This document shows positions 44,002 to 54,166 of a DNA stretch of 64,000 nucleotides, piece by piece. This DNA comes from an uncultured Acidobacteriota bacterium (GTDB lineage Bacteria; Acidobacteriota; Thermoanaerobaculia; Thermoanaerobaculales; Sulfomarinibacteraceae), in assembly GCA_963823445.1 (NCBI GenBank), contig CAWGLT010000015.1, forward strand, positions 70,520-134,519. The letters are read 5' to 3'. The translations under genes and the position numbers were made by a program. How positions within the stretch are numbered: the stretch's first letter is position 1; the number at the start of each line of letters is the position of its first letter. The notes beneath the pieces were generated by a model. It made no database searches. It was given only the letters and a program-made list of their open reading frames with translations, and was not told where the DNA came from.

Positions 44002-44033
44002 CTCGGCGGCCGGGTTGCTATAATCCAGCAACG

Positions 44034-44489
44034 ATGTCCGTCGACCTTCCCCAAGATGCCCATCTCGTGCTCTCGAGCGATTTCGCCAACATCGAGATCG
44101 CCGAGCGAGCATTGGTCGATCTCTGCGGTCAGGCTGGATTCTCCGGTGACGATTGCTATTGGCTCGTCACCGCCTTGAGGGAGGCGACGGCCAACGCCAT
44201 TCGCCACGGCAACCGGCAGGATCCCGAGCGATCGGTCCTCGTCGATCTTGGAATTCGCGACGACGAGGTCACGATCCGGGTCGAAGACGAGGGCGAGGGA
44301 TTCGACCTCGAGGCAATCCCTGATCCAACCGATCCGGATTATTTGCTGCGACCGAGCGGACGCGGTATCTTCTACATGCGGCAATTCATGACCCGTGTGG
44401 AGTTCAGCCGCTCGCCGGGTGGTGGCACGGTGGTCGAGATGACCCGGCGCCTCGAGCCCGAGACAAGGAGTTCTGAAAATGAAGAGTGA
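44034..44489 (+). CDS. anti-sigma regulatory factor, serine protein kinase (RsbW/SpoIIAB-like HATPase)
   Basis: 151 aa with EATANAIRHGN (N-box-like) and DEGEGFD (G1). Confidence 0.8.
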   Translation: MSVDLPQDAHLVLSSDFANIEIAERALVDLCGQAGFSGDDCYWLVTALREATANAIRHGNRQDPERSVLVDLGIRDDEVTIRVEDEGEGFDLEAIPDPTDPDYLLRPSGRGIFYMRQFMTRVEFSRSPGGGTVVEMTRRLEPETRSSENEE

Positions 44490-44817
44490 GATCCGTGATG
44501 TGGACGATGTTCGGATTATCGAATTGTCGGGCAAGATCACGATTGGAACCGGCGATGTCAAGATGCGCGAACTCGTCGACAGCGCGCTCGGAGACGGACA
44601 GAAGAAGATCCTCATCGATCTGGCCGGGGTGACCGCCATCGATTCTTCCGGAATCGGCGAAATGGTCGCGTGCTACACCACGGTGACCAAACGCGGCGGG
44701 CAGCTCAAGCTGCTGCGTCTTTCCCCGAAGATCAACGACATCCTCCACGTAACCCAGCTCATCACCGTATTTGATGTCCTGGACAACGTTCAGGAAGGCC
44801 TCGCCGCGCTCAAGTGA
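44479..44817 (+). CDS. STAS-domain anti-sigma-factor antagonist (RsbV/SpoIIAA-like)
   Basis: 112 aa. DLAGVTAIDSSGIGEMV contains the phosphorylatable Ser context. 11-nt overlap with the kinase gene. Confidence 0.85.
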   Translation: MKSEIRDVDDVRIIELSGKITIGTGDVKMRELVDSALGDGQKKILIDLAGVTAIDSSGIGEMVACYTTVTKRGGQLKLLRLSPKINDILHVTQLITVFDVLDNVQEGLAALK

Positions 44818-44847
44818 GCAAACCCGGGGTGGGAAGACAGACCTTTT

Positions 44848-44871
44848 CGGGCGCGGCGTTGACCGCGCCCG
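44848..44871. terminator. GC-rich hairpin between convergent genes
   Basis: CGGGCGCGG-CGTTGA-CCGCGCCCG (9-bp stem) with TTTT upstream and GATCTATTT downstream. No clean U-tract. Confidence 0.4.
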
Positions 44872-44874
44872 GAT

Positions 44875-45939
44875 CTATTTCGGGGCGTCTGAGACGATCA
44901 ACTCTCCAAGGTGGGTTCCGTTGGCGACACCGTCGAGAGGTGATCCGATCACTTCGTCGGGGATGCAGGATCGAGCCTGCTTCTCTTTGTCCTCGGCGGT
45001 GACGGGTGCGATGGCGGAGACCGCGTTTTCCGCCACTTCGATGCGAACCGGCCATCGACCGGCCTGGCAGCTCGTCGAGGAACCCAGCCAGACAACGACG
45101 TCGTCAATGAGAAGGACGACGGAAACCTCCATCTTCGGTGGTTCGCCCGCGGCCTTTGCCTGACCGTCCTTGCCGACGACGGCGAGCTCCGCTGCCGATG
45201 GCCGATCAGCGTCGGTCGGAATCCCCTGCCGGGTGAGCTCCGACTCGGCCTTGAGCTCGACTGAGCCGACGACCCCGGATCCAGCCCCCCTCTTCGCCGG
45301 GGCCGGGCGGGCGGCTTCGTCCTGCCGCAATGCGAACTCCCCGGCGTCGTCTGCCGAGCGCAGATCCTCAGGCGCGGTCGATTCGGCCCGGTCCGCTTCA
45401 GGAGCGGCGGTATCCAAGGGTCCGATGACCTCGAGGGGGACCGGATCGGAAACCGCCGGGAGCGCCGGTTCCTCTTCGAGCAGATGGTCCGCCGCGCCGA
45501 GGGGCCGGTTGTCGTTTTCAACCGCGGTCGGGAGGGGGGCGAGCTTGAAAACCTCGTCCCGTTCGGCAACCGGTCGGTGCTGCCGTGACGGCGTCGGACT
45601 CAGCGTCGGTGTCGGGTTGCGACGGGCCATCTCGGTTGCCACGGTCACCCCCAGAACCACCGCAGCCGCGATTCCGAGCCAACGAAAAACCGGCCGCGCC
45701 CGCGGCGACGGGACCGGCGGCGCCTGGCGCAGTGGTTCCAAGACCCTGTCCAGCGCCGCGGGTGGTTCCATGCGGTCTGCGACGGCTCGAACGGCCGCGC
45801 GCAGCTCACTCGTGGTCTCGATCTCAAACGCGAGCTCGGAATCGGTCTCGGCGCGAGCCATCAGCCGGGACGACTCGGCATCGTCCAGGTCGCCGTCGAG
45901 GTGCCGGCTGACGAGTTCCCGAAGGGATTCATCCATCAC
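44875..45939 (-). CDS. anti-sigma factor, single-pass membrane protein
   Basis: 354 aa. The N-terminal anti-sigma-like helix region (LVSRHLDGDLDD) lacks an obvious zinc motif. One TM (WLGIAAAVVLGVTVA). 4-nt overlap with the ECF sigma gene. Confidence 0.6.
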   Translation of the reverse strand: MMDESLRELVSRHLDGDLDDAESSRLMARAETDSELAFEIETTSELRAAVRAVADRMEPPAALDRVLEPLRQAPPVPSPRARPVFRWLGIAAAVVLGVTVATEMARRNPTPTLSPTPSRQHRPVAERDEVFKLAPLPTAVENDNRPLGAADHLLEEEPALPAVSDPVPLEVIGPLDTAAPEADRAESTAPEDLRSADDAGEFALRQDEAARPAPAKRGAGSGVVGSVELKAESELTRQGIPTDADRPSAAELAVVGKDGQAKAAGEPPKMEVSVVLLIDDVVVWLGSSTSCQAGRWPVRIEVAENAVSAIAPVTAEDKEKQARSCIPDEVIGSPLDGVANGTHLGELIVSDAPK

Positions 45940-46433
45940 AGATCCACCGCATTCTTGAGTGCCGTCCTTGCCCGCGCGAGGCGTGATCGGATGGTGCCGA
46001 CCGGAAGATCGAGGACCTCGGCGATCTCGGCATAGCTGAGATCCTCACCATCTCGCAACCACACCACCACCCGATAGTGTTCGGGAAGCTCGTCCATGGC
46101 TGCGGTAACGCGATCGAGGAGATCCGCTGAAACCGCCTGTTGTTCCGGGCCGGGCGACGGATCCGGTGTGCGGGCGACGATCTCATCAGACTCATCTGCC
46201 ACCGCGGTGAGATGTCTGCCGTATCGCCGATGGTGGCCGCGAAGATAATTCCAGGCGATCTGAAAGACCCAGGTCGAGACCTTGGCCTCGCCGCGGAAGC
46301 CCTCGAGGCCGCGCCATACCCTGAGAAAGATCTCCTGAGTCGCGTCGAAAGCCTCATCATCGTTTCCGGTGAGTCGCCGCGCCAGTCGCCAAATCGGCCG
46401 CCGGAAGCGTTCGTAGACCTCGTCGAATACCAC
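45936..46433 (-). CDS. ECF (sigma-24 type) RNA polymerase sigma factor
   Basis: 165 aa with region 2 (DATQEIFLRVWR, TWVFQIAWN) and region 4 (LSYAEIAEVLDLPVGTIRSRLARAR). Confidence 0.9.
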   Translation of the reverse strand: MVFDEVYERFRRPIWRLARRLTGNDDEAFDATQEIFLRVWRGLEGFRGEAKVSTWVFQIAWNYLRGHHRRYGRHLTAVADESDEIVARTPDPSPGPEQQAVSADLLDRVTAAMDELPEHYRVVVWLRDGEDLSYAEIAEVLDLPVGTIRSRLARARTALKNAVDL

Positions 46434-46591
46434 CTCTCAAGTGTGCCATGGATCGCACGAACGGGGTCTCCTTTCCTCCGGTGCGAAATTTCGTAAGCCG
46501 TGAATCGTTTTCAAAAGCCAGAATGACGGCGGGACCCCTTGAAGATGCGAGTCGATACCGGAATTGCCCTGGCACCAAGCGTCGGAACCGT

Positions 46592-46635
46592 CGGTCCCGC
46601 GACCGACGACTCCCGACTCCCGACTCCCGACTCCC
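46592..46635. repeat. left inverted repeat / GACTCCC heptamer array
   Basis: CGGTCCCGCGACCGACGACTCCC (46592-14) is the perfect reverse complement of 47165-47187. GACTCCC then occurs as 4 perfect tandem copies (46608-46635). Confidence 0.8.
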
Positions 46636-46669
46636 GTCCTCTCCCGGACTCCTCATCGAGTGTGACTCC

Positions 46670-47095
46670 TCAGACGAAGGGGAGTTCCCGCTCTGACCGA
46701 TCGGCGAGGAGGCCGCGGATCCGGTGTTCGAGCTCACGGCCGACGGCGAGATAGACCTCGTCGTCTTCGCCGTAGGGATCACGGATGGACCACGACTCGA
46801 TCTGTGCCCCGAGGTTCGCGGGCAGATAGCTGAGTCCACTGTCCCCGAGAAGCGAGACGATGATGTCAAAGGAGGCCAGATCGACCTCATCGAGGGATTT
46901 CGAGGCGAGGCCTTGAGGATCGTAGCCCATGGTCTCGAGGGTCTCCACCGTCGGGTTGACGATCCTCCCGAACGGCATCAACCCGGCCGAGGCTGCCGAG
47001 ACCCCGTCCTCCCTGAGACCGCGGGTGATGGCTTCAGCCATCGGTGAGCGACAGGTATTGCCGACACAGATGAAGAGGATCCTCAATGGCGCCAT
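46670..47095 (-). CDS. low-molecular-weight protein-tyrosine phosphatase / ArsC-like
   Basis: 141 aa with the active-site P-loop ILFICVGNTCRSPMAE and a downstream DPYG motif. Confidence 0.85.
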   Translation of the reverse strand: MAPLRILFICVGNTCRSPMAEAITRGLREDGVSAASAGLMPFGRIVNPTVETLETMGYDPQGLASKSLDEVDLASFDIIVSLLGDSGLSYLPANLGAQIESWSIRDPYGEDDEVYLAVGRELEHRIRGLLADRSERELPFV

Positions 47096-47131
47096 TGGGG
47101 CATTGTAGACGCGACGGAGGTCGCGGGTCCT

Positions 47132-47187
47132 GAGTCGGGAATCGGGAGTCGGGGGTCGTGAATCGGGAGTCGTCGGTCGCGGGACCG
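47132..47187. repeat. right inverted repeat / GARTCGG heptamer array
   Basis: GAGTCGG GAATCGG GAGTCGG GGGTCGT GAATCGG GAGTCGT CGGTCGC, seven phased units. The last 23 nt are perfectly complementary to 46592-46614. Confidence 0.8.
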
Positions 47188-47389
47188 CTGACGCCCCAGC
47201 TCCTTCTCTGCTGCGTCGTCAACCGCAGAGAGCCGCGACGGTCGATCGACGACGGCAGGTGCTCTGCCCACGCCCCGGGGAAGATGTTCCGACTTGCGAC
47301 TCACGCACGCAGCATGTAGCGGCGTGCATTGACCACACCCCGACGAGGGGGTAGCCTGTAGGCTGCTTGTTTTGGATGGAGCCGGAACG

Positions 47390-48106
47390 GTGGTGCTGAC
47401 TGGTTACAACACCGATATCGATAACGCGGGCACGACGTACCACGTGCAGACCGAAGACAAGGGACGCTCGAACCCCGTCGTCGAAAGCCTGGTCTACGCC
47501 CGCGGAGAGATTCTCTATTCGAGGAGGACCTCGTATCAGGATCTCGTCGATGAAAACGTGGAGAACACCGCCATCGCGACCATGATGGAGCGGCAGCATC
47601 ACACCATCATCGAGATGATTCGCCGTGGTCGGCTGGCGCAGCTGACCGATGAACCGGCTGTGGTCAACGAAGACGACGACACCAACATCTCCAACAAAGG
47701 CGGTGTCGGTCCGGGCATGGCTCTCGAGGCAACCGGAGACGGGGGCGACGAACCGACCCTCGACCGGGTGATCCTCGACTATCTCGCCGCCCAACGCGGC
47801 CGAGCGCATCTTGTGCTCCGCGCCGTGGGTAAACACGATTTTGTCTACGGCTGTGACGCCGAGATCTCCATTTCAGCGGTCGAGGCGCAGACCAACACCC
47901 CGCAACCCGGGGTCCGCATCACCGTGCTCTTCAAATCGACATCGGAGCCGCGCCGGTTGGTTCTCGCCGAGGGTGAGACCGACGATGACGGCGCCTTTGT
48001 AGCAACCGAACGGTTGCCCGAGTTCAGCGGCGGCACCTCGGCGGTTGTCATCACCGCCGAGTCCGACATCGGTCAGAGCGAGATCAAACACCTCGTCCAC
48101 CGGTAG
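47390..48106 (+). CDS. hypothetical protein with conserved N-terminal YHVQTEDKG motif
   Basis: I chose the GTG start (VVLTGYNTD...) about 9 nt after GGATGGAG. A TTG at 47372 is an alternative. The C-terminal part looks like an Ig/carboxypeptidase-regulatory-like beta domain (GVRITVLF...DDDGAF). Confidence 0.6.
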   Translation: MVLTGYNTDIDNAGTTYHVQTEDKGRSNPVVESLVYARGEILYSRRTSYQDLVDENVENTAIATMMERQHHTIIEMIRRGRLAQLTDEPAVVNEDDDTNISNKGGVGPGMALEATGDGGDEPTLDRVILDYLAAQRGRAHLVLRAVGKHDFVYGCDAEISISAVEAQTNTPQPGVRITVLFKSTSEPRRLVLAEGETDDDGAFVATERLPEFSGGTSAVVITAESDIGQSEIKHLVHR

Positions 48107-48296
48107 CCGCCGTCGGCCGCAACCGTTCGTGAGTCGAAATCCGCGAGTCGCTAATCGTGGACGAGAGAGCGTTCATCCGGCCTCCGTTTTCGGGTGACGG
48201 AGCCGCAGACTCCAACCGACGCCGCCGGGAAGAGCTCGAGCGCTCCGGAGACGAGCCCGCGACGTACGACTTTCAATTCGGTGTGCCGTTCAGGTC

Positions 48297-48325
48297 TTGC
48301 CCCTCAGCAGGTTTTGAGGTAGAGT
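48297..48325 (+). promoter_or_regulatory. putative promoter of the tRNA-Lys/tRNA-Leu pair
   Basis: TTGCCC, 17-nt spacer, TAGAGT, ending 12 nt before the tRNA-Lys 5' end. Confidence 0.4.
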
Positions 48326-48337
48326 GCGCGTCGCTGT

Positions 48338-48413
48338 GGGCCGTTAGCTCAATTGGCAGAGCAAGTGACTCTTAATCACTAGGTTGGAGGTTCGATTCCT
48401 CCACGGCTCACCA
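48338..48413 (+). tRNA. tRNA-Lys (anticodon CTT)
   Basis: Hand-folded cloverleaf. Acceptor GGGCCGT/ACGGCTC, anticodon stem AGTGA/TCACT with loop CTCTTAA, T-arm GGAGG-TTCGATT-CCTCC, encoded CCA. Confidence 0.9.
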
Positions 48414-48428
48414 TTTCCTTTCATCCGC

Positions 48429-48514
48429 GCGAAAGTGGCGGAACCGGTAGACGCGCGAGATTTAGGATCTCGTGGGGGCACCCCGTGGGGGTTCGATTCC
48501 CCCCTTTCGCACCA
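48429..48514 (+). tRNA. tRNA-Leu (anticodon TAG), class II with long variable arm
   Basis: Acceptor GCGAAAG/CTTTCGC, anticodon stem CGAGA/TCTCG with loop TTTAGGA, variable arm GGGGCACCCC, T-arm GGGGG-TTCGATT-CCCCC, encoded CCA. Confidence 0.9.
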
Positions 48515-48531
48515 GCCGGAGAGAACACAAC

Positions 48532-49815
48532 ATGACATACAAGTTGACCGAGCAGGCAAATTACAAACTCGAGGTTGCCGGCAGCCTCCAAACCGAGATC
48601 GTCGATCGAGAGCGGCAGTCCATTGTCCGCTCCATCCGAGGTCGCGCCAAGCTTCCGGGCTTCCGCGACGGCAAGGCGCCGGAGTCCATGATCCGAGCCC
48701 GGTTTGCCGAGGACATCGATGCCGACCTCAAGGAGCACCTCAGCCAGCTCGTCTGGGAAGAGGTGATGGAGGCGGAGAAGGAACTCCAGCCCCTCACCAT
48801 GCCGCAGGTGCGAGAGGTCAAATTCGCCGACGATGGCTCCTTCCAGTTCGTCGCCGAGCTCGAGATCCGGCCGAACTTCGAGCTCCCGGAGCTCTCCGCG
48901 GCCACCCTGCCGGAAGTGTCCCTCGATCTCGCCGACAGTGAAATCGACGCCGAGCTCGAGACCCTCCGGGAGCAGCAGGCGGTCTGGGAGCCGGTGGAAG
49001 ATCAGGAAGCCGTCGACGGTATGCTCATCGAGGCCGATCTGGTCGGTCTGATGGAAGACTCCGACCAGGAACCGTACGAAGAGAACGATGCCCGATTTGT
49101 CCTCGGCGGTGACGGATTGCCCCCCGAGATCAACGAGGCGCTCCAGGGAGCCAAGGCCGGCGACGAGAGAGTCGCGGTCAAAGTCTTTCCCGACGACGAC
49201 GAGAACAAAGAGCGAGCGGGCAAAAAGGTCACCTACACCGTCAAGGTCAAAGCCCTCAAGGCCAAGGCCCTGCCCGAGGTCGATGACGAACTCGCCAAGA
49301 CCTTCGGTCTCGAGGATCTCGCCGAGCTCAGGCAACGGCTCATAGAGGCGCTGTCGCGGCGCAAGCGAGCCGAGCGGCGGGATGTGTGGCGGCGGTCGTT
49401 GCTCGACCAGCTCTCGGTGGGGATCGACCTCAACTCCCTGCCGTCCTCCCTGGTTCAGAACGCGGTCAGCGAACGGGTGAATCGATTTGCCTACGAGATG
49501 GCCATGCGGGGCGCCGGTCCCGAAGACGGGAATTTCGACTGGCAGGAGCTCTCGGCCAAGGCCGAACCAGCTGCCCGCCGGCACGTCGCGGACAATCTGA
49601 TCATCGAACAATTGGCCATGAAGTGGAAGACCCCGGTCCCCGAGGCCGAGGTCGAGGCGTATATCGCCGCGGACGCCTCCCGGCTCGGAATTCCTCCGAC
49701 GGAGCACAAGGCCAATCTCGTCGCGGAGGAAAAGCTCGAATCCATCCGCCACGCCGCGCTGCTGACCGCGGTGGTCGACGAGATGATCCGTCAAGCCGGC
49801 GGGGAGGTGGGTTGA
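48532..49815 (+). CDS. tig: trigger factor
   Basis: 427 aa from the ATG giving MTYKLTEQ. Ribosome-binding motif PGFRDGKAP. Positioned upstream of clpP-clpX. Confidence 0.9.
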   Translation: MTYKLTEQANYKLEVAGSLQTEIVDRERQSIVRSIRGRAKLPGFRDGKAPESMIRARFAEDIDADLKEHLSQLVWEEVMEAEKELQPLTMPQVREVKFADDGSFQFVAELEIRPNFELPELSAATLPEVSLDLADSEIDAELETLREQQAVWEPVEDQEAVDGMLIEADLVGLMEDSDQEPYEENDARFVLGGDGLPPEINEALQGAKAGDERVAVKVFPDDDENKERAGKKVTYTVKVKALKAKALPEVDDELAKTFGLEDLAELRQRLIEALSRRKRAERRDVWRRSLLDQLSVGIDLNSLPSSLVQNAVSERVNRFAYEMAMRGAGPEDGNFDWQELSAKAEPAARRHVADNLIIEQLAMKWKTPVPEAEVEAYIAADASRLGIPPTEHKANLVAEEKLESIRHAALLTAVVDEMIRQAGGEVG

Positions 49816-50399
49816 TGTTGGTTCCGGTCGTAGTCGAGCAGACGAGTCGCGGAGAACGCGCCTACGATATCTACTCGCGCCTGCTCAAGGACAACGTCAT
49901 CTTCCTCGGATCGGCCATCGATGACCATGTCGCCTCTCTCGTGATCGCCCAGCTTCTCTTCTTGGAGGCCGAGAACCCCGAGAAGGACATCTACCTCTAT
50001 GTCAACAGCCCCGGCGGCACCATCACCGCCGGTCTCGCCATCTACGACACCATGCAGTACGTCAAGCCCGATGTGGCCACCATCGCCCTCGGTCAGGCGG
50101 CTTCCATGGGCGCCATCCTCCTCGCTGGAGGCGCGGCGGGCAAGAGATACGCCCTGCCGCACAGCCGGGTTCTGCTCCACCAGCCGTTGATGTCCGGTCT
50201 CGGCGGTCAGGCGACGGACATCGATATCCACGCCAGGGACATCATGCGGATGCGAGAGCGGTTGAACACGATTCTCGCCAAGCACACCGGACAAGCCATG
50301 GACAAGATCAATCTCGATACCGAACGCGACTTCATTCTCGAGGCGGATGCGGCCAAAGACTACGGCCTCATCGACAAGATCATTGTTTCCAGAGAGTAG
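49815..50399 (+). CDS. clpP: ATP-dependent Clp protease proteolytic subunit
   Basis: Starts [26 protein letters not shown]. Catalytic Ser context GQAASMGA. The ATG overlaps the tig TGA. Confidence 0.95.
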   Translation: MLVPVVVEQTSRGERAYDIYSRLLKDNVIFLGSAIDDHVASLVIAQLLFLEAENPEKDIYLYVNSPGGTITAGLAIYDTMQYVKPDVATIALGQAASMGAILLAGGAAGKRYALPHSRVLLHQPLMSGLGGQATDIDIHARDIMRMRERLNTILAKHTGQAMDKINLDTERDFILEADAAKDYGLIDKIIVSRE

Positions 50400-50434
50400 A
50401 CCTGAAATGGGATACAATGAACCGAGGAGGATAG

Positions 50435-51670
50435 ATGTCGAATCGAGATGGTGACGTGCTTCGGTGCAGCTTTTGCGGAAAAAGCCAGCACGAGGTCCGC
50501 AAGCTCATCGCCGGACCGACGGTGTACATCTGCAACGAATGCGTTGAAGTCTGTCTCGACATCATCGCCGAGGATCGCGTCCACGAAGCCAAGAGCCGCC
50601 AGCAGGTGCTGGCCAAACCGCCGGAGATCAAAGCCTATATCGATGAGTATGTCATCGGTCAGGAGATGGCGAAGAAGAAACTCGCCGTGGCGGTCTACAA
50701 CCACTACCGCCGGATCGAGTACCAACGGGGTCGGAACAGCAACGACGTCGAGCTCTCCAAGTCGAACATCCTCCTCATCGGACCAACCGGAACCGGGAAG
50801 ACCCTGCTCGCCCAGACCCTCGCGCGCCAGCTCCAGGTCCCGTTCACCATCGTCGATGCCACGACTCTCACCGAGGCCGGCTATGTCGGCGAGGATGTGG
50901 AGAACATCCTTCTCCGCCTCTACCAGGCCGCCAACGGCGACCGCGAAGCAGCGGAGCGGGGCATCGTCTACATCGACGAGATCGACAAGGTGGCGCGCAA
51001 GGCCGAGAATCCGTCCATCACCCGTGATGTTTCCGGTGAGGGAGTGCAGCAGGCGCTGCTGAAAATCCTCGAGGGCACCGTCGCCAATGTGCCCCCGCAG
51101 GGCGGTCGCAAGCACCCCCATCAGGAGTTCCTCCAGATCGACACCACCAACATCCTATTTATCTGTGGTGGAGCATTCGTCGGACTCGAGGATCTCATCG
51201 CTCGTCGACTCAACCAGAAGATGATGGGTTTCGGCGCGGATCTTTCGGGTAACCAACCCGACACGGCCGACCTCCTCGAGGAGGTGCACCCCGAGGATCT
51301 CATCAAGTACGGCATGATTCCAGAGTTCGTCGGCCGGATTCCGGTCGTCGCGACGCTGCACGAGCTCGACCACGATGCTCTCGTCCGGATCCTCACCGAG
51401 CCGAAGAACTCTCTCGTGCGCCAGTATGAGACCGTTCTCGGGTTCGAGGGTGTTGACCTGAGCTTCGAAGCGGACGCCCTCGCCGCGGTGGCCAAGGAGG
51501 CCATCACCCGCAAGGTGGGCGCCCGCGGTCTGCGTATCATTCTCGAGGAGCTGATGCTCGAGATCATGTACCAGATTCCGGCCCTTCCCGACCTCAAGGA
51601 GTTGACGATTACCCGGGATGTGGTCGAACGTCGGGTTGCGCCGCTCCCGGCTGTGAGAAAGGTAAGCTGA
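50435..51670 (+). CDS. clpX: ATP-dependent Clp protease ATP-binding subunit ClpX
   Basis: 411 aa with zinc finger [27 protein letters not shown] and Walker [12 protein letters not shown]. Confidence 0.95.
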   Translation: MSNRDGDVLRCSFCGKSQHEVRKLIAGPTVYICNECVEVCLDIIAEDRVHEAKSRQQVLAKPPEIKAYIDEYVIGQEMAKKKLAVAVYNHYRRIEYQRGRNSNDVELSKSNILLIGPTGTGKTLLAQTLARQLQVPFTIVDATTLTEAGYVGEDVENILLRLYQAANGDREAAERGIVYIDEIDKVARKAENPSITRDVSGEGVQQALLKILEGTVANVPPQGGRKHPHQEFLQIDTTNILFICGGAFVGLEDLIARRLNQKMMGFGADLSGNQPDTADLLEEVHPEDLIKYGMIPEFVGRIPVVATLHELDHDALVRILTEPKNSLVRQYETVLGFEGVDLSFEADALAAVAKEAITRKVGARGLRIILEELMLEIMYQIPALPDLKELTITRDVVERRVAPLPAVRKVS

Positions 51671-51749
51671 GACGTCCCCGGCGCGCCGCCGCGCCCCCTT
51701 CAACCGAAACCGCCGGCCCGAACACACTCCCCTTGAAGAAAGACACAAG

Positions 51750-54152
51750 ATGACAGCAGTCCGTGATTCCCTGACGCTCGCCATCGTTCCGTTGCGGGAC
51801 ATGGTCGTTTTTCCGCACATGATGGCGCCGTTCGTGGTCGGACGGCGACCTTCGGTGGTGGCCCTCGAGCGCGCCCTCGAACGACCCGACAAGCGGCTTT
51901 TTCTCGCCACCCAGCGCGATCCGAAGATCGATGAGCCGAGTCTCGCCGACATCCACGAACTCGGGGTTGTGGCGCGGGTTGTCCAGCATCTCCAACTCGC
52001 CTCGGGCAACATCAAGGTGATGGTCGAAGGGCTCGAGCGTGCGCGGCTTCGTCACGTTGTCGACGACCCCGATTGTCTGATGGCGAGAGTGGAGGTCGAG
52101 GCCATCGAGGTTGGTGAGGATCAGGCCCTGAGCCGTTATATGGCTCAATTGACCGAGTTCTTCAAGGAGTACGCCAAACTCTCCCATCATCTTTCAGCCG
52201 AAGGGGTGCTCGCCTCCCTCCAGACCGATGATCCGGATCAGTTCGCCGACATCCTCGCAGCCCATCTCAACCAACCGACGGCGGAGAAGCAACGGTTGCT
52301 CGAGCTGCTCAACCCCCTCGATCGATTGCAGCGGCTCAACGATCTGCTCGATGTCGAGATCGAGAAGCTCAACATCGACCGGCGGTTATCGTCGCGGGTC
52401 AAGAAACAGATGGAGAAGGCGCAGCGCGAGTACTATCTCTCGGAAAAGATCAAGGCCATCAACGAGGAGTTGGGCCGAAACGACACCACCGAGGAACTCG
52501 CCGGGCTCAAGGAGCAGATCGACGCGTCGGGAATGACCGACGAGGCCAAGGAAAAGGCCACCATCGAAATCCGCCGTCTCGAAGGGATGCCGCCGGTCTC
52601 TGCCGAAGCGGGGGTCTCACGCAACTACGTCGACTGGCTGCTCGCCGTCCCCTGGTCCGAGGCGTCACGAGAGATCCGCGACATCTCGCGGGCCGAGAAC
52701 GTTCTCGACGAAGACCACTTCGGGCTCGAAAAGGTCAAAGAACGCATCCTGGAGTTTCTCGCGGTCCGGCAGCTTGTCCGCAAGACCGGTGGCACGATCC
52801 TGTGTTTTGTCGGTCCTCCGGGGGTGGGCAAGACGTCCCTGGCGCGATCCATCGCCCGCGCGACGGGACGCAAGTTTGTCCGGTTGTCCCTCGGCGGTGT
52901 GCGCGACGAGGCCGAAATCCGCGGTCACCGGCGGACCTATATCGGCGCATTCCCCGGCCAGATCATCCAGATGATGCGCAAGGCCGGCACCGTCAACCCG
53001 GTGCTCCTTCTCGACGAGGTCGACAAGATGGCGGCCGATTTCCGCGGCGACCCCGCCGGAGCGCTCCTCGAGGTTCTCGATCCCGAGCAGAACAACACCT
53101 TCCACGACCACTATCTCGATGTCGAGTACGATCTTTCCAAGGTGCTCTTCATCTGTACGGCCAACGTGACCCATCCGATCCCGCCCGCCCTGCTCGATCG
53201 GATGGAGAAGGTCGAACTTTCGGGCTACACCCACCACGAGAAACTCCAGATCGCCCAGGGATTTCTGGTCCCGCGGCAGACCGAAAGACACGGTCTGACC
53301 AAGTACCACGTCGACTTCACCGATGACGGCGTGCGGTTTCTGATCGACGGCTACACCCGCGAAGCCGGGGTAAGAAACCTCGAACGCGAAATCTCCTCCA
53401 TCTGCCGCAAACTCGCGCGAAAGGTGCTCAAAGAGAAGATCAAGGCCAAGGACGCGGTTCTCGAGATCACACCGGAGTCGGTCGCCGAACTCCTTGGCCA
53501 ACCGAGATACCGGACCCAGAAGCGTGACCAGGATCCCGAGGTCGGGGCGGCGGTCGGGCTCGCCTGGACGCAGGTCGGCGGCGAGTTGCTGACCACCGAA
53601 GTGACGCTCATGCGAGGCAAGGGCGTGCTCACGCTCACCGGCCAACTCGGCGATGTGATGCAGGAGTCTGCCCGCGCGGCGCTGTCCTTTGTCCGCTCGA
53701 AGGCCGACGAACTCGGGATCGACCCCGAGGTCTTCGCCGCACAGGACGTCCACCTCCACGTTCCCGAGGGTGCGATCCCCAAGGATGGACCATCGGCCGG
53801 CATCACCCTCGCCATCGCGCTCATCTCGGCATTCACCAAGGTCCCGGTTCGAGTCGACGTGGCCATGACCGGCGAAATCACGTTGCGCGGAAGGGTCCTC
53901 CCGGTGGGTGGAGTCAAGGAGAAGGTCCTGGCGGCCTATCGGGCGGGCATCCGTGATGTCATCCTCCCGGATGAAAACGAAAAGGACCTCGAGGAGATCC
54001 CCGACGACGTGCGCCACGAGATTCAGTTCCACTTCGTCGACCACATGGACGCGGTCATCGCCAATGCCCTGGTGCGCGAACTGGACACGAAGGTATCAGC
54101 CACGGCCGGTGAGGTCGCCTCGCACGTGGATTCGCCGCCGATGGCTCATTGA
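51750..54152 (+). CDS. lon: endopeptidase La (Lon protease)
   Basis: 800 aa with an N-terminal LON domain, Walker [10 protein letters not shown] and catalytic KDGPSAG. Confidence 0.95.
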   Translation: MTAVRDSLTLAIVPLRDMVVFPHMMAPFVVGRRPSVVALERALERPDKRLFLATQRDPKIDEPSLADIHELGVVARVVQHLQLASGNIKVMVEGLERARLRHVVDDPDCLMARVEVEAIEVGEDQALSRYMAQLTEFFKEYAKLSHHLSAEGVLASLQTDDPDQFADILAAHLNQPTAEKQRLLELLNPLDRLQRLNDLLDVEIEKLNIDRRLSSRVKKQMEKAQREYYLSEKIKAINEELGRNDTTEELAGLKEQIDASGMTDEAKEKATIEIRRLEGMPPVSAEAGVSRNYVDWLLAVPWSEASREIRDISRAENVLDEDHFGLEKVKERILEFLAVRQLVRKTGGTILCFVGPPGVGKTSLARSIARATGRKFVRLSLGGVRDEAEIRGHRRTYIGAFPGQIIQMMRKAGTVNPVLLLDEVDKMAADFRGDPAGALLEVLDPEQNNTFHDHYLDVEYDLSKVLFICTANVTHPIPPALLDRMEKVELSGYTHHEKLQIAQGFLVPRQTERHGLTKYHVDFTDDGVRFLIDGYTREAGVRNLEREISSICRKLARKVLKEKIKAKDAVLEITPESVAELLGQPRYRTQKRDQDPEVGAAVGLAWTQVGGELLTTEVTLMRGKGVLTLTGQLGDVMQESARAALSFVRSKADELGIDPEVFAAQDVHLHVPEGAIPKDGPSAGITLAIALISAFTKVPVRVDVAMTGEITLRGRVLPVGGVKEKVLAAYRAGIRDVILPDENEKDLEEIPDDVRHEIQFHFVDHMDAVIANALVRELDTKVSATAGEVASHVDSPPMAH

Positions 54153-54166
54153 CAGAGTGAAAAAGA

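Noticed and set aside
46608-46635. Tandem GACTCCC units and the other short-period arrays, considered as a CRISPR array or coding tandem repeat.
   Set aside because: The units are 7 nt with no spacers, far below CRISPR repeat size. No cas genes are present, and the arrays lie outside ORFs.
48157-48375. 72-aa ORF upstream of and overlapping tRNA-Lys.
   Set aside because: It overlaps a well-folded tRNA and its promoter. It has no RBS and no recognisable protein features.
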